From the IMG/VR virus record IMGVR_UViG_2585427772_000005, positions 1 through 25,733 of that record: 25,733 bases of DNA; one strand, 5' to 3'. Below are positions 1 through 7,892 of the stretch, in pieces. The translations under genes were made by a program, and so were the position numbers. This DNA is from a virus (Duplodnaviria > Heunggongvirae > Uroviricota > Caudoviricetes). How positions within the stretch are numbered: the stretch's first letter is position 1; the number at the start of each line of letters is the position of its first letter. The notes under the pieces were generated by a model, which was not told the origin of the DNA, searched no databases, and saw only the letters and a list, made by a program, of their open reading frames with translations.

Positions 1-1131
1 TCAAATGACCAGTTTTTTCCATTCCTTACCGCGTGCGTCGTTGTAAATATCGGTCATTTTTTGATTCGAATGGCCCAGCAAAATTTTGGTATCAACCCCC
101 TGCTCTCTGAACAATCGCTCTGATAAAGATCTCTGCTCATGGAAAGAGGGTGGGGTGCCATTAGCACGCCAGTTGTAATCCACAGAATCCCGGGCTTTTT
201 TAAATGCAACGGTTAATGTTGCTGGCTTAACCATCCCGCCGCGCTTAGCTGTCCCTTTCGCGTGATGGTGGTGCAATAGCCACGGACTAAGAACGCAATC
301 GCGGCAGGATGACACTACATCATCCAGGGTGAGATTTAATTTATCGCAACGCAGAGCCAGAGGGATGGCAATCCGGGTTCCTGTTTTTTGCTGTTCGACA
401 TGAAGATAACCATCCCGGATATCCGAAAATTGCATTTTGCAAATATCTGAAAGGCGCTGGCCTGTCATCAGTGCCAGCAGCATACCGCGCTGTAAAAAGT
501 AACCATCCTTTTCCGCTGCGTTATAAATCATCATCCACTCATCAAAAGTCAGTCGCTGTCTTGATATCCGCACCTGCGGTTTTTTTGCCGATTCTGCAGG
601 GTTAAAGCCTGGCGGGACATCGCCCGTTTGCTGAGCTTCCCGGAAAACATCGATCAGTACTTTCCTGAAAATTTGTCCCATTCTGTTATGTCCTCTGGCC
701 TTGTACTCTTCCAGTACTGATACCACATCTTTTACGGTTATGGCATCTAACGGTCTGGTGCCAAAACGTTCATCAAATACCCTGAGAGGGGCCGCTTTCT
801 GTTTCAGCGTGTTGAGTTTGATCTCGCCGTTTTCATATCTTTCCTGTTGAATTTTTCTGTAATTATTCAGAAAAATGGTAACGGTTGATGAACCGCCGGT
901 ATCACTAATAATTTTCTCCTGCAGACTGAGCATTTGTTCCATTTGCTGCCGGGCAAGACGGCTGTTCGCTTCTGCTGCAATAGTTTCTGCCAGTTTCTGG
1001 TCAATACTGCCGAGACCGTGATTTTTGCCTGTTATGGGATGCCTGTAACGCCAGTAAACTTTGTTATTTCTTTTGTCAAAATACGGAGATAATCCCGGAA
1101 CATCGGTTTTATATTTTCGCGGGCGCGCCAT
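1..1131 (-). CDS. int: Phage integrase, tyrosine recombinase family
   Basis: 376-aa ORF at the prophage end. C-terminal region has the catalytic pattern of lambda-family integrases (HEQRSLSERLF ... LLGHSNQKMTDIY with the terminal Tyr). GAGGA lies about 10 nt upstream of the ATG. The stop codon is at window position 1-3, so the att site would lie just outside the window. Confidence 0.9.
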   Translation of the reverse strand: MARPRKYKTDVPGLSPYFDKRNNKVYWRYRHPITGKNHGLGSIDQKLAETIAAEANSRLARQQMEQMLSLQEKIISDTGGSSTVTIFLNNYRKIQQERYENGEIKLNTLKQKAAPLRVFDERFGTRPLDAITVKDVVSVLEEYKARGHNRMGQIFRKVLIDVFREAQQTGDVPPGFNPAESAKKPQVRISRQRLTFDEWMMIYNAAEKDGYFLQRGMLLALMTGQRLSDICKMQFSDIRDGYLHVEQQKTGTRIAIPLALRCDKLNLTLDDVVSSCRDCVLSPWLLHHHHAKGTAKRGGMVKPATLTVAFKKARDSVDYNWRANGTPPSFHEQRSLSERLFREQGVDTKILLGHSNQKMTDIYNDARGKEWKKLVI

Positions 1132-1357
1132 CTTCCAGTATCCTCTTCAAAGCAGGGTGATCTGTGGCGATCACCTCCGGCTTGTTTACCATTCCGACAA
1201 AGCGAGCTTGCGGATCCACTCGCCAGCGTCTTCCAACTTTTTTGGGGAGAGGAAATATCATTCCGGCTTTAGCGTATTTACTTAACGTACTCGGAGTTGG
1301 GACCGGTTCACTGAATTCCTCTTTTGCCCACTCAGTGAGCAGAATAAGTCTTGCCAT
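1109..1357 (-). CDS. xis: Excisionase-like DNA-binding protein (Xis/AlpA-type)
   Basis: 82-aa ORF immediately upstream of int and overlapping its start by 23 nt, the usual xis-int arrangement. The sequence (LTEWAKEEF...KVGRRWRV) resembles lambdoid prophage excisionases as I recall them. The SD is weak. Confidence 0.7.
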   Translation of the reverse strand: MARLILLTEWAKEEFSEPVPTPSTLSKYAKAGMIFPLPKKVGRRWRVDPQARFVGMVNKPEVIATDHPALKRILEDGAPAKI

Positions 1358-1421
1358 GGGCGTCGTTCGCTAATCATGGTCGCCGCCACTATAGTTGGTG
1401 GGCAACGACCGGGGTTGAACA

Positions 1422-3896
1422 TTAAAAATCAGCCTGACTCGGGATCAGTTTTTGCCAGATAACTGAAACGTATTTTGCCTGGTAACGGGCGTCATCAAGT
1501 GCATTATGGCGCTCACCTTCGAATGGAATAGCCGTTCTGGCATCGAAGTCTATGGCTTTCCCCAGCTCAACGATTGTGCGTACATCGCGATCGTTGTAGT
1601 AACGCCACGGGTAGGGGATCCCCTGCCGTTCGTATGAACGGCGCAAAATCGTGTTGTCGAAGTTGGCTCCATTTCCCCAAACCTGAACAAAAAATTCACC
1701 GGAGTTTTCGTCGATAAATTCCCGCAATTGTAACAGTGCATCATCTAACGGGATTTCATCGGTCATAATGGCAGATTGCGCTTCGCGTGATTGCTTAAGC
1801 CACCATTTAATGGTGTCCCGATCAATGACTCCGCCAGCAGTTTCCAGATCGATAGTCTTACTAAATTCCGGTCCCATATCTCCGGTTTGCGGATCGAAAA
1901 ATATTGCACCTATTGAGATGATCGGGGCATCAGGATTTTTTCCCATGGTTTCAAGGTCGATCATTAGATGGTCACACGTCCTGCTGGTGGATGTGATTTC
2001 TTGATGACCGTTCACCTTAATTGAGTGATCTGCCGTCTCGCCAGTTTCATTATCGCTATCGTGATGCTGATTGCCGTCAGTGTTCTCCTTGTGTGGATGT
2101 TCAGCGCCTTCCATTTCCTCCGGATCATCTTCCTGAACTTCAACCTGATACTCTTCATCGAATGTTTCCTGGTATGTTGCGTCGCCCATCACCGCGCCAC
2201 AATCAGGGCAGTTGCCGCCGCCGGTCTGACCGCAGGCGGTGCAGACTTTTTCCACTTCCTGTTGCGCCACTGGTTCAGGCTGTTTCGTTTCTGGCTCGTT
2301 TTGTAACGCATTTGGGCTGTTTTGTTCCGCTTTCTGGCCGTTCTGTTCCGTTTCTTGCTGGTTCTGATTCACTGAATCGCGGGTTTCAATCCCCTTCACC
2401 CATTTCGGATCATTCGGGTCGCTAATCCCTGCAACAAATTCACCACGTGATACAGCAAGCAACTTATTGGCGTCAGGCTGGCTGATATTGGCTGCCTGCA
2501 TAATTTTGTTTACTTCGTCAGCGGTAACTTTTACCGGCTCTGGTTGTGCGATCGTGTCAGATGCACCAGTATTTTGTTGTGAACCTGAGTACGTGCCGTT
2601 TTTACGTGCGAAGTATTCCTCTTTTGTGATTTCCGTAGCTCCCAGGGCCAGTGCTTTTTCCAGACCAGAAAGTTTGTTTGCGCGACCGTATTTTTCGCCG
2701 TCCTTATCGGTGAAAAGGAAGTAGAACGGTCCCTCACGCTCTACAGATGGTTCGTCTTCCACTTCGCATTCGTTTTTTTCGTTGTCCGGCATTGCCGTTT
2801 CCACTGCATCAGTTTCTGGTACTGGTGACGGGAGAGTACCAGCTGTGCCCTGATTTGTTCCTTCGTCATCTTCAAACACGCCCTTGGTAGTCAGGTATTC
2901 AGTGATGTATTTGTTCAGTGCTACGGGATCTTTGTGAATGTCGATCGGACGCTCACGGACAAGGCCAAAAATAGTCTGACGGTCGTAGCGAACGGCATCG
3001 GGTTGTTTGCGCATTGATGCGGAAATGCGCTTCCAGTCTTCGCGATCTTTGTCGATAACTTCATTTTTTGCCCAGCGATGGATGCTGCCGTCAATGTTTC
3101 CGGTATCAATATCGCCAGGCCAGAGAGCGTAGGCCAGTTCTTCATCCAGCGTTTTCCATGTCTGCTTGTATTCGCGACAAATGGCGGCAGTGACTGGGTT
3201 GATTTTTCCTGCTGAGTTTTCAGTGTTCTGTTGATTGACTCTGGCGCTGGCGAGATCAACAACAGACGTGTATTTTCCAGTCTCTTTGCGCTCTGCGTCC
3301 TGCCGTTTTTTCCAGTTACGTAATTCAGCCTGAATTTCGGGCCATTTGGCACCCGGATTACATTTGTGTTTAACCCATCCGATAGCGAACAGTTTGCGTT
3401 CCGGATACATAGCGTTAATTTCAGGCGTTTTCATCAGTGCTTCAACGATATGCCCGTCAAAGGTAGCAACGTCTTCCTGCAGTAATTCCTGCGCGTCAAT
3501 CGCCATATCAACGGTGATGTTTTCACATGTACCGAACTTAACCAGGACCGCGTTCTGTACTTCAAGGGACAGCTTGTCAAAATTGACGTTCATCGGATCG
3601 GATTCTGGTTCGACCGGAATAAAGGAAGCGGATTCCTCATCCCAGCGGTTTTCCTGCATATATTCAGCATCCCAGGAATCGAGGGCAGGGCGGGGTATAC
3701 CGGGTTTATCCTCGCAGACAAGAAATTTATAAGCGCAGTCCTGAGCAGCCGGATAATGTTCCAGGAATTGCCAGTGAAATTTTGCGCGGGCGCGACGTTC
3801 ATCACCGGCTTCAATGGCAGTGGCTACAGCGACGGCACCTTCTTCCTTTATTGCCTGTTCGTCCGGAATGGCGGCGCAAATAAAGACTTTACTCAT
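1422..3896 (-). CDS. Exodeoxyribonuclease VIII-like protein with a C-terminal DEDDh-type 3'-5' exonuclease domain
   Basis: 824-aa ORF with an SD (TGAGGT) about 9 nt upstream. The C-terminal ~190 aa carry DEDD-type exonuclease motifs (DLETMG ... HNALDDA). The central acidic, Q/E-rich low-complexity region contains a CxxC-N9-CxxC zinc-ribbon-like motif (CTACGQTGGGNCPDCG). The family is common in enterobacterial lambdoid prophages at the exo/recE position. Confidence 0.8.
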   Translation of the reverse strand: MSKVFICAAIPDEQAIKEEGAVAVATAIEAGDERRARAKFHWQFLEHYPAAQDCAYKFLVCEDKPGIPRPALDSWDAEYMQENRWDEESASFIPVEPESDPMNVNFDKLSLEVQNAVLVKFGTCENITVDMAIDAQELLQEDVATFDGHIVEALMKTPEINAMYPERKLFAIGWVKHKCNPGAKWPEIQAELRNWKKRQDAERKETGKYTSVVDLASARVNQQNTENSAGKINPVTAAICREYKQTWKTLDEELAYALWPGDIDTGNIDGSIHRWAKNEVIDKDREDWKRISASMRKQPDAVRYDRQTIFGLVRERPIDIHKDPVALNKYITEYLTTKGVFEDDEGTNQGTAGTLPSPVPETDAVETAMPDNEKNECEVEDEPSVEREGPFYFLFTDKDGEKYGRANKLSGLEKALALGATEITKEEYFARKNGTYSGSQQNTGASDTIAQPEPVKVTADEVNKIMQAANISQPDANKLLAVSRGEFVAGISDPNDPKWVKGIETRDSVNQNQQETEQNGQKAEQNSPNALQNEPETKQPEPVAQQEVEKVCTACGQTGGGNCPDCGAVMGDATYQETFDEEYQVEVQEDDPEEMEGAEHPHKENTDGNQHHDSDNETGETADHSIKVNGHQEITSTSRTCDHLMIDLETMGKNPDAPIISIGAIFFDPQTGDMGPEFSKTIDLETAGGVIDRDTIKWWLKQSREAQSAIMTDEIPLDDALLQLREFIDENSGEFFVQVWGNGANFDNTILRRSYERQGIPYPWRYYNDRDVRTIVELGKAIDFDARTAIPFEGERHNALDDARYQAKYVSVIWQKLIPSQADF

Positions 3897-3975
3897 TTTG
3901 TTTTACCTCATTACAGATTTAAGGGTGAACAAATCCCTGCCATTGCTGGCATATAAAAATGAAACTGGATATTAA

Positions 3976-4179
3976 TTACGGCGCTGTTTTTAATCCTGCC
4001 GGGATTTCGTTATTGTCCATGTGAATAACTTTATCGACCGGATAACAGTTGCCGGGAATTTTCTGTTCCGCTGCGGCAGCCATGCATTCTTTCATTGAGT
4101 TGTACATGCCGGTGATTGCATCAAGCGACTCACCAGTATTGAGATGTACAGTCAGAATGAGTACGAATAATGTGTTCAT
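3976..4179 (-). CDS. Small exported protein of unknown function (prophage early-left accessory gene)
   Basis: The start ATG overlaps the stop of the upstream 62-aa ORF (ATGA), which argues for translational coupling and for ATG at 4179 rather than the GTG at 4185 used by the ORF track. The N-terminus is hydrophobic (NTLFVLILTV), consistent with a signal peptide or membrane anchor. Confidence 0.5.
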   Translation of the reverse strand: MNTLFVLILTVHLNTGESLDAITGMYNSMKECMAAAAEQKIPGNCYPVDKVIHMDNNEIPAGLKTAP

Positions 4180-4364
4180 CGCCACTCTCCGAAAATACCG
4201 AGTTTAAGAAGGGCAATTCTGGAGAGTATGGAATTGTCATTCAGCAGGTAGGGTTCATATTTTCTCATATTGATTGCATCCTCGGTGAAATCCCTGTTAC
4301 TGAGCAGAACACCAATATTAAAGCACCCGTCAGACGTATTAACGTTTGGTAGTGACGTTTCCAT
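4176..4364 (-). CDS. Hypothetical protein, 62 aa
   Basis: Co-directional with its neighbours. GAGGA lies 7 nt upstream of the ATG and overlaps the Rha stop codon; its own stop overlaps the next gene start. Confidence 0.5.
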   Translation of the reverse strand: METSLPNVNTSDGCFNIGVLLSNRDFTEDAINMRKYEPYLLNDNSILSRIALLKLGIFGEWR

Positions 4365-4374
4365 TATCGCGTCC

Positions 4375-4932
4375 TCAACAATGAATTTTTAGCAATTGCT
4401 CCACAGTCATATTTTTAATTGCGCTCCGGTTTACAAGAGTCCATCCTTGTTTCTCCAGATAAAACCGGAAGGTATCCAGGGTGCAGACCATTGCGCCGTC
4501 AGGAACGGTTTCAGTGAATTTGATATTGCCGTGTTCGTCGAGACGGATAACCAGGGTGCGTCCGTCCCCGTGAATCATTTTGTCGGGAGACGGGGCGTTA
4601 TTCTGGCGCAGTTCTGCTTCCATGCGGTCGAACTCAGCAATGTATGCCTCTTTAAATGCAGCGGCTTTTTTGCCAGTGAAGCCCATCACCAGGAAAACGA
4701 AGCCGTTTTTGGTGATTTGGTACATTGGGAGTTTGCGCCCGGTTGAGTCGGTGTATTCGCTCGACACAAAATTGTGCTCAGTGAATTTTGCTGAACAGTC
4801 CAGATTGCGAATTTTATCCAACACTCGTTCGTGGCGTTTGCCAAAGAACTCGGCGATCGCAACAGACGTAGTGACAGCGCGACCATTTTCGATGGTTACG
4901 TCAGGGTGAGAAAGGGTAAGGATAGTAGCCAT
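4375..4932 (-). CDS. Rha-family phage regulatory protein
   Basis: The ORF track extends this to 5229, but the internal ATG at 4932 is preceded by GGAGG at an 8-nt spacing, and the conserved Rha N-terminal pattern (AIAEFFGKRHERVLDKIRNL ... MYQITKNGFVFLVMGFTGKKAAAFKEAYIAEF) begins just after it. The upstream 99 codons look like a non-coding in-frame extension. Confidence 0.7.
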   Translation of the reverse strand: MATILTLSHPDVTIENGRAVTTSVAIAEFFGKRHERVLDKIRNLDCSAKFTEHNFVSSEYTDSTGRKLPMYQITKNGFVFLVMGFTGKKAAAFKEAYIAEFDRMEAELRQNNAPSPDKMIHGDGRTLVIRLDEHGNIKFTETVPDGAMVCTLDTFRFYLEKQGWTLVNRSAIKNMTVEQLLKIHC

Positions 4933-5775
4933 GATGGCAGCCTCCGCGATGAATTTGATTAACTCACCACCGAGGTTTTCCACGACCATAAGGGTGGTGA
5001 GACGTACAGGGGTGGAAATACCGGTCATCACGGAACCCGGCCAGCCTTGCGGCTGCCCTGCACGCCCCACCATAATGCGAATGTGGCTGTGCTTAACGCA
5101 TAAAAAAACCGCCTGAGCGCGGTTATGCGCCGTGAATGATTTCGGGTTTCCACGCCCGGCACCCGTTTTATGAGGTGCAGGTGCACTATAATTCCACCCG
5201 TTCTGGTTTTCAATAGCTACATTCAACATTTTCTCTACCTTTCATCACCGAAGTGAACTTTGTTGATGCGGTGCCTGGTGCCTCCAGGTGACGTTAACCA
5301 GTTAACAATTAACGTCGGATACAGAGCATTCCCGTTACGCCCGTAAAAGACCGCTTGTTTTAACTGTTCCGCGTGCGCTGAGCCGCATTCACCGCATCAC
5401 AAAATTCACTTTAAAAAGGGCGGCAGAGCAGTCACGGAGTAGAACTGATACCGCCAAAAGTCACCAGAAAATTGATAACAGAGGGCGTTGCAGCGGAGTT
5501 GTCACTTAAGCGTATGGTCAACCTGACAACCCGGTGTCCTCAACGGGGGAAGAAATACCCCCGCCATACTTACCGCCGCGCCATTTCGCGGATTGCCACA
5601 ACCGGAAGCGCACGATCGAATTAAATTTAACGACGACCTATACAGAGAGACTAACTTCTCCGGGCGCTTTCGTGTTATGCCCTGACTTTTCAGGGATATA
5701 TCCTTTTCAGTAAACTGTCAGTGCCGGATTCTTATCCGTGTCCGGCGCACGCACTCTACCTCACCTGTGAATAAA

Positions 5776-6150
5776 TTAATGATTAATTGATATTTTGTTG
5801 TTTGATTCAACTTTCCCATCGGATGTGTGATGCTTTAAATCACAGGAATTAATACTGCTCGCTGTAAAATGATTTTCAAGGGGAGCTATTCGAATCCCTT
5901 TCTTTTTCATTAACAAGCCAAATCCTTTATTAATGATGTCCATTAATTCCAGGAAGTATTTTTCATGTAAATCCTGGTTATCAGAGAGCTGCTTCTCTTC
6001 GTACAGACCGATAAAGGCACGACGCACGTTACCGGATATAGTATCGATGGTTTCTTTTTCTACGGTACTCAGGTCAAGAGTCGCCAGTTGAGAGCGAACC
6101 ACATTCGATGCCATTTCCTGGAATGGTACTGGTAAATCTTTAAATTCCAT
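5776..6150 (-). CDS. Hypothetical protein, about 124 aa (repressor-proximal accessory gene)
   Basis: GAGG lies 7 nt upstream of the internal ATG at 6150; the track start at 6162 lacks an SD. The 3' third of the gene is AT-rich. I recognise no family. Confidence 0.55.
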   Translation of the reverse strand: MEFKDLPVPFQEMASNVVRSQLATLDLSTVEKETIDTISGNVRRAFIGLYEEKQLSDNQDLHEKYFLELMDIINKGFGLLMKKKGIRIAPLENHFTASSINSCDLKHHTSDGKVESNNKISINH

Positions 6151-6161
6151 CGTCAACCTCA

Positions 6162-6314
6162 TCAGTCAGTGTTTCTGGTTAACCAGCGACGCGCGCCAGC
6201 TTCAGTTTTAAACGTTTTGCTTCTGGTATACGTCATCGCGGTAAACGTGCCGTCCTGGTTGGGAAACACGCCGTACACCAGAGATTCGTTGTTGCCAAGA
6301 TCGATAGTATCCAT
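6162..6314 (-). CDS. Small hypothetical protein, 50 aa (below the ORF-track size cutoff)
   Basis: ATG at 6314 with GAGG about 8 nt upstream. The translation MDTIDLGNNESLVYGVFPNQDGTFTAMTYTRSKTFKTEAGARRWLTRNTD has balanced composition. Its TGA stop overlaps the SD of the downstream gene. It sits where Rac-type prophages carry small ydaF/ydaG-like genes. Confidence 0.45.
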   Translation of the reverse strand: MDTIDLGNNESLVYGVFPNQDGTFTAMTYTRSKTFKTEAGARRWLTRNTD

Positions 6315-6519
6315 GCTGACCTCATTTCCCCTTAACGCCGGGTGGCGGAACTAAAACCTACAGCGCCGTGCTGTTCTTGATAGAAATATTAGTAACGCGG
6401 ATATTTTAAGTCAACAGTATGGCGTATGATATTTTTGATTTGGTAACTATGTAAATGTTTTTTCAAGGGAAAAATATTAGTTATACAGCTGATTTGCAGA
6501 AGTTATGGCACAAAAAAAC

Positions 6520-6553
6520 CAACTAAGACGTCGGTTTTTTTGTTGTGGATGGG
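6520..6553 (-). terminator. Candidate weak intrinsic terminator 3' of the repressor gene
   Basis: An A7CC ... GGT8 inverted repeat (9-bp, mostly A-U stem) around a GACGTC palindrome, immediately downstream of the repressor stop. The symmetric structure could act on either strand. Confidence 0.3.
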
Positions 6554-6567
6554 GTAGTGAGCGGTGG

Positions 6568-7029
6568 CTACTGGTTACGTTTCTTTAGTGCCAGCATGTT
6601 CTCGAAGGCTTCCTCGTAGAGCTTGTTTAGTCCACGTAGCTGGTTAAGGAGTTTGGCTTTTTCTGACGCAGGTAGAATCTCGAAGAGGTTAAGTAACTCT
6701 GCCTGTTCTTCATTGACCAGCCTCCATCCTTTGCCTGAAAAGTTATCATCATAAGTATCTGATGATCTTACATAATTCATTAAGTCTTTAAGGTCTTCTC
6801 GAATGTCCTCTGGTTTTACCTTTAACAGAGCCGCAAATTTTAGCGCAGCGTCGGTATTTACCGGTATCTTGCCGTTCAGATACTGGCTAACGGTGCCTTG
6901 AGATTCGAATCCCAACAACTCAGCCGCCAGCTCTTGAGTCAGCTTCAGCTCTTTTTTTCTTGCATTCCATGCGGCTTTTAAATTCTTGCTCGCTTCTGGA
7001 GTTGCAATCACTTCGCGTGTTTTTTTCAT
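6568..7029 (-). CDS. XRE-family HTH transcriptional repressor (CI/RacR-like prophage repressor, no S24 peptidase domain)
   Basis: 153-aa ORF with an N-terminal HTH (LTQELAAELLGFESQGTVSQYLNGK). It is transcribed divergently from a Cro-like gene across a 107-bp operator-bearing intergenic region. Confidence 0.75.
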   Translation of the reverse strand: MKKTREVIATPEASKNLKAAWNARKKELKLTQELAAELLGFESQGTVSQYLNGKIPVNTDAALKFAALLKVKPEDIREDLKDLMNYVRSSDTYDDNFSGKGWRLVNEEQAELLNLFEILPASEKAKLLNQLRGLNKLYEEAFENMLALKKRNQ

Positions 7030-7136
7030 ACATAGAGTTTATTTGTTTTACCAATATTATCAAAGATAGCCTGGCTATTGATCTTTAAAATTAGCGGGGC
7101 TAATATTTGCTCGAGGCATAACGTAGAAGGTTGGCT
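7030..7136. promoter_or_regulatory. Divergent immunity promoter/operator region between the repressor and the Cro-like gene
   Basis: AT-rich 107-bp spacer with inverted repeats (AAAGAT ... ATCTTT flanking AGCCTGGCT; AATATT palindromes) placed like OR/PR/PRM. Confidence 0.5.
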
Positions 7137-7412
7137 ATGAACTTAAGAGACTATTTAAAAGAGAAACATATCACCCAGCTACAGTTTGGGAAGCTAACGG
7201 GTTTATCTCAGGTGCATGTAAGTCGAGTGCTGGGGGGCTATGAAAGATTCAGCCCTGAAAAAGCATTACGTGTTGCTGAAGTAACGAATTTCGAGGTTAC
7301 ACCTCATGAACTCCGGCCTGATATTTACCCGAATCCAACCGACGGCTTACCTGTTGGATTCAAGGCTAACACACCAAATGCATCGGAGTTGATTCATGAA
7401 AATCAGGCATGA
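7137..7412 (+). CDS. Cro-like HTH protein (YdaS-type)
   Basis: ATG at 7137 with GAAGG 8 nt upstream; the track start at 7131 is a TTG. HTH pattern (QLQFGKLTGLSQVHVSRVL). It sits in the cro position. Confidence 0.7.
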   Translation: MNLRDYLKEKHITQLQFGKLTGLSQVHVSRVLGGYERFSPEKALRVAEVTNFEVTPHELRPDIYPNPTDGLPVGFKANTPNASELIHENQA

Positions 7413-7821
7413 GCACATCCGCATGGCGATGAATGCCTGGGCGCATCCGGACGGTGAAAAAGTTCCGGCAGCTGAAATAACCCGGGCTTATTTTGAGCTT
7501 GGTATGACGTTCCCGGAATTATATGACGACAGCCATCCGGAAGCCCTGGCTCGCAATACCCAGAAAATTTTCCGCTGGGTGGAGAAAGACACTCCTGATG
7601 CGGTTAAAAAAATTCAGGCGTTGTTACCAGCGATCGAAAAAGCAATGCCGCCTCTGCTGGTGGCCCGAATGCGCAGCCACAGTTCAGCTTATTTTCGGGA
7701 GCTGGTGGAGACGCGGGAACGACTGGTGAGAGACGCTGATGATTTTGTCGCAGTGGCGATCGCTGGTTTCAACCAGATGAATCGTGGTGGCCCGGCGGGA
7801 AATATTGTGGTTGTGCATTGA
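7396..7821 (+). CDS. YdaT-like protein (cII-position regulator or toxin-like protein of Rac-type prophages)
   Basis: 141-aa ORF overlapping the YdaS-like gene by 17 nt, with GGAG 7 nt upstream. The sequence (MKIRHEHIRMAMNAWAHPDGEKVPAAEITRAYFELGMTFPELYDD...) matches my recollection of Rac YdaT-family proteins. Confidence 0.7.
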   Translation: MKIRHEHIRMAMNAWAHPDGEKVPAAEITRAYFELGMTFPELYDDSHPEALARNTQKIFRWVEKDTPDAVKKIQALLPAIEKAMPPLLVARMRSHSSAYFRELVETRERLVRDADDFVAVAIAGFNQMNRGGPAGNIVVVH

Positions 7822-7892
7822 CTGACAATATTCATACCGGATCGCTTCCGGTAATTCGTGAGTAAAAAGATTCGGTATCAGAAGAGGTGAGT

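Noticed and set aside
1550-3956. Numerous 60-143-aa ORFs on both strands inside the exonuclease gene (e.g. 2021..2425, 2921..3352, 3346..3732)
   Set aside because: They are fully contained in or antisense to a long, well-supported ORF with recognisable domains. They lack SD sequences and have skewed composition, so they are shadow ORFs.
4396-5213. Plus- and minus-strand ORFs overlapping the Rha-family gene (4396..4746, 4580..4909, 4686..4886, 4931..5116, 5028..5213)
   Set aside because: Antisense or out-of-frame overlaps of a gene with a recognisable family signature; no translation signals.
4933-5229. N-terminal 99-codon extension of the Rha-family ORF (track start at 5229)
   Set aside because: The conserved Rha domain begins right after an internal ATG with a strong GGAGG SD at 4932; the upstream extension has no SD and unremarkable composition.
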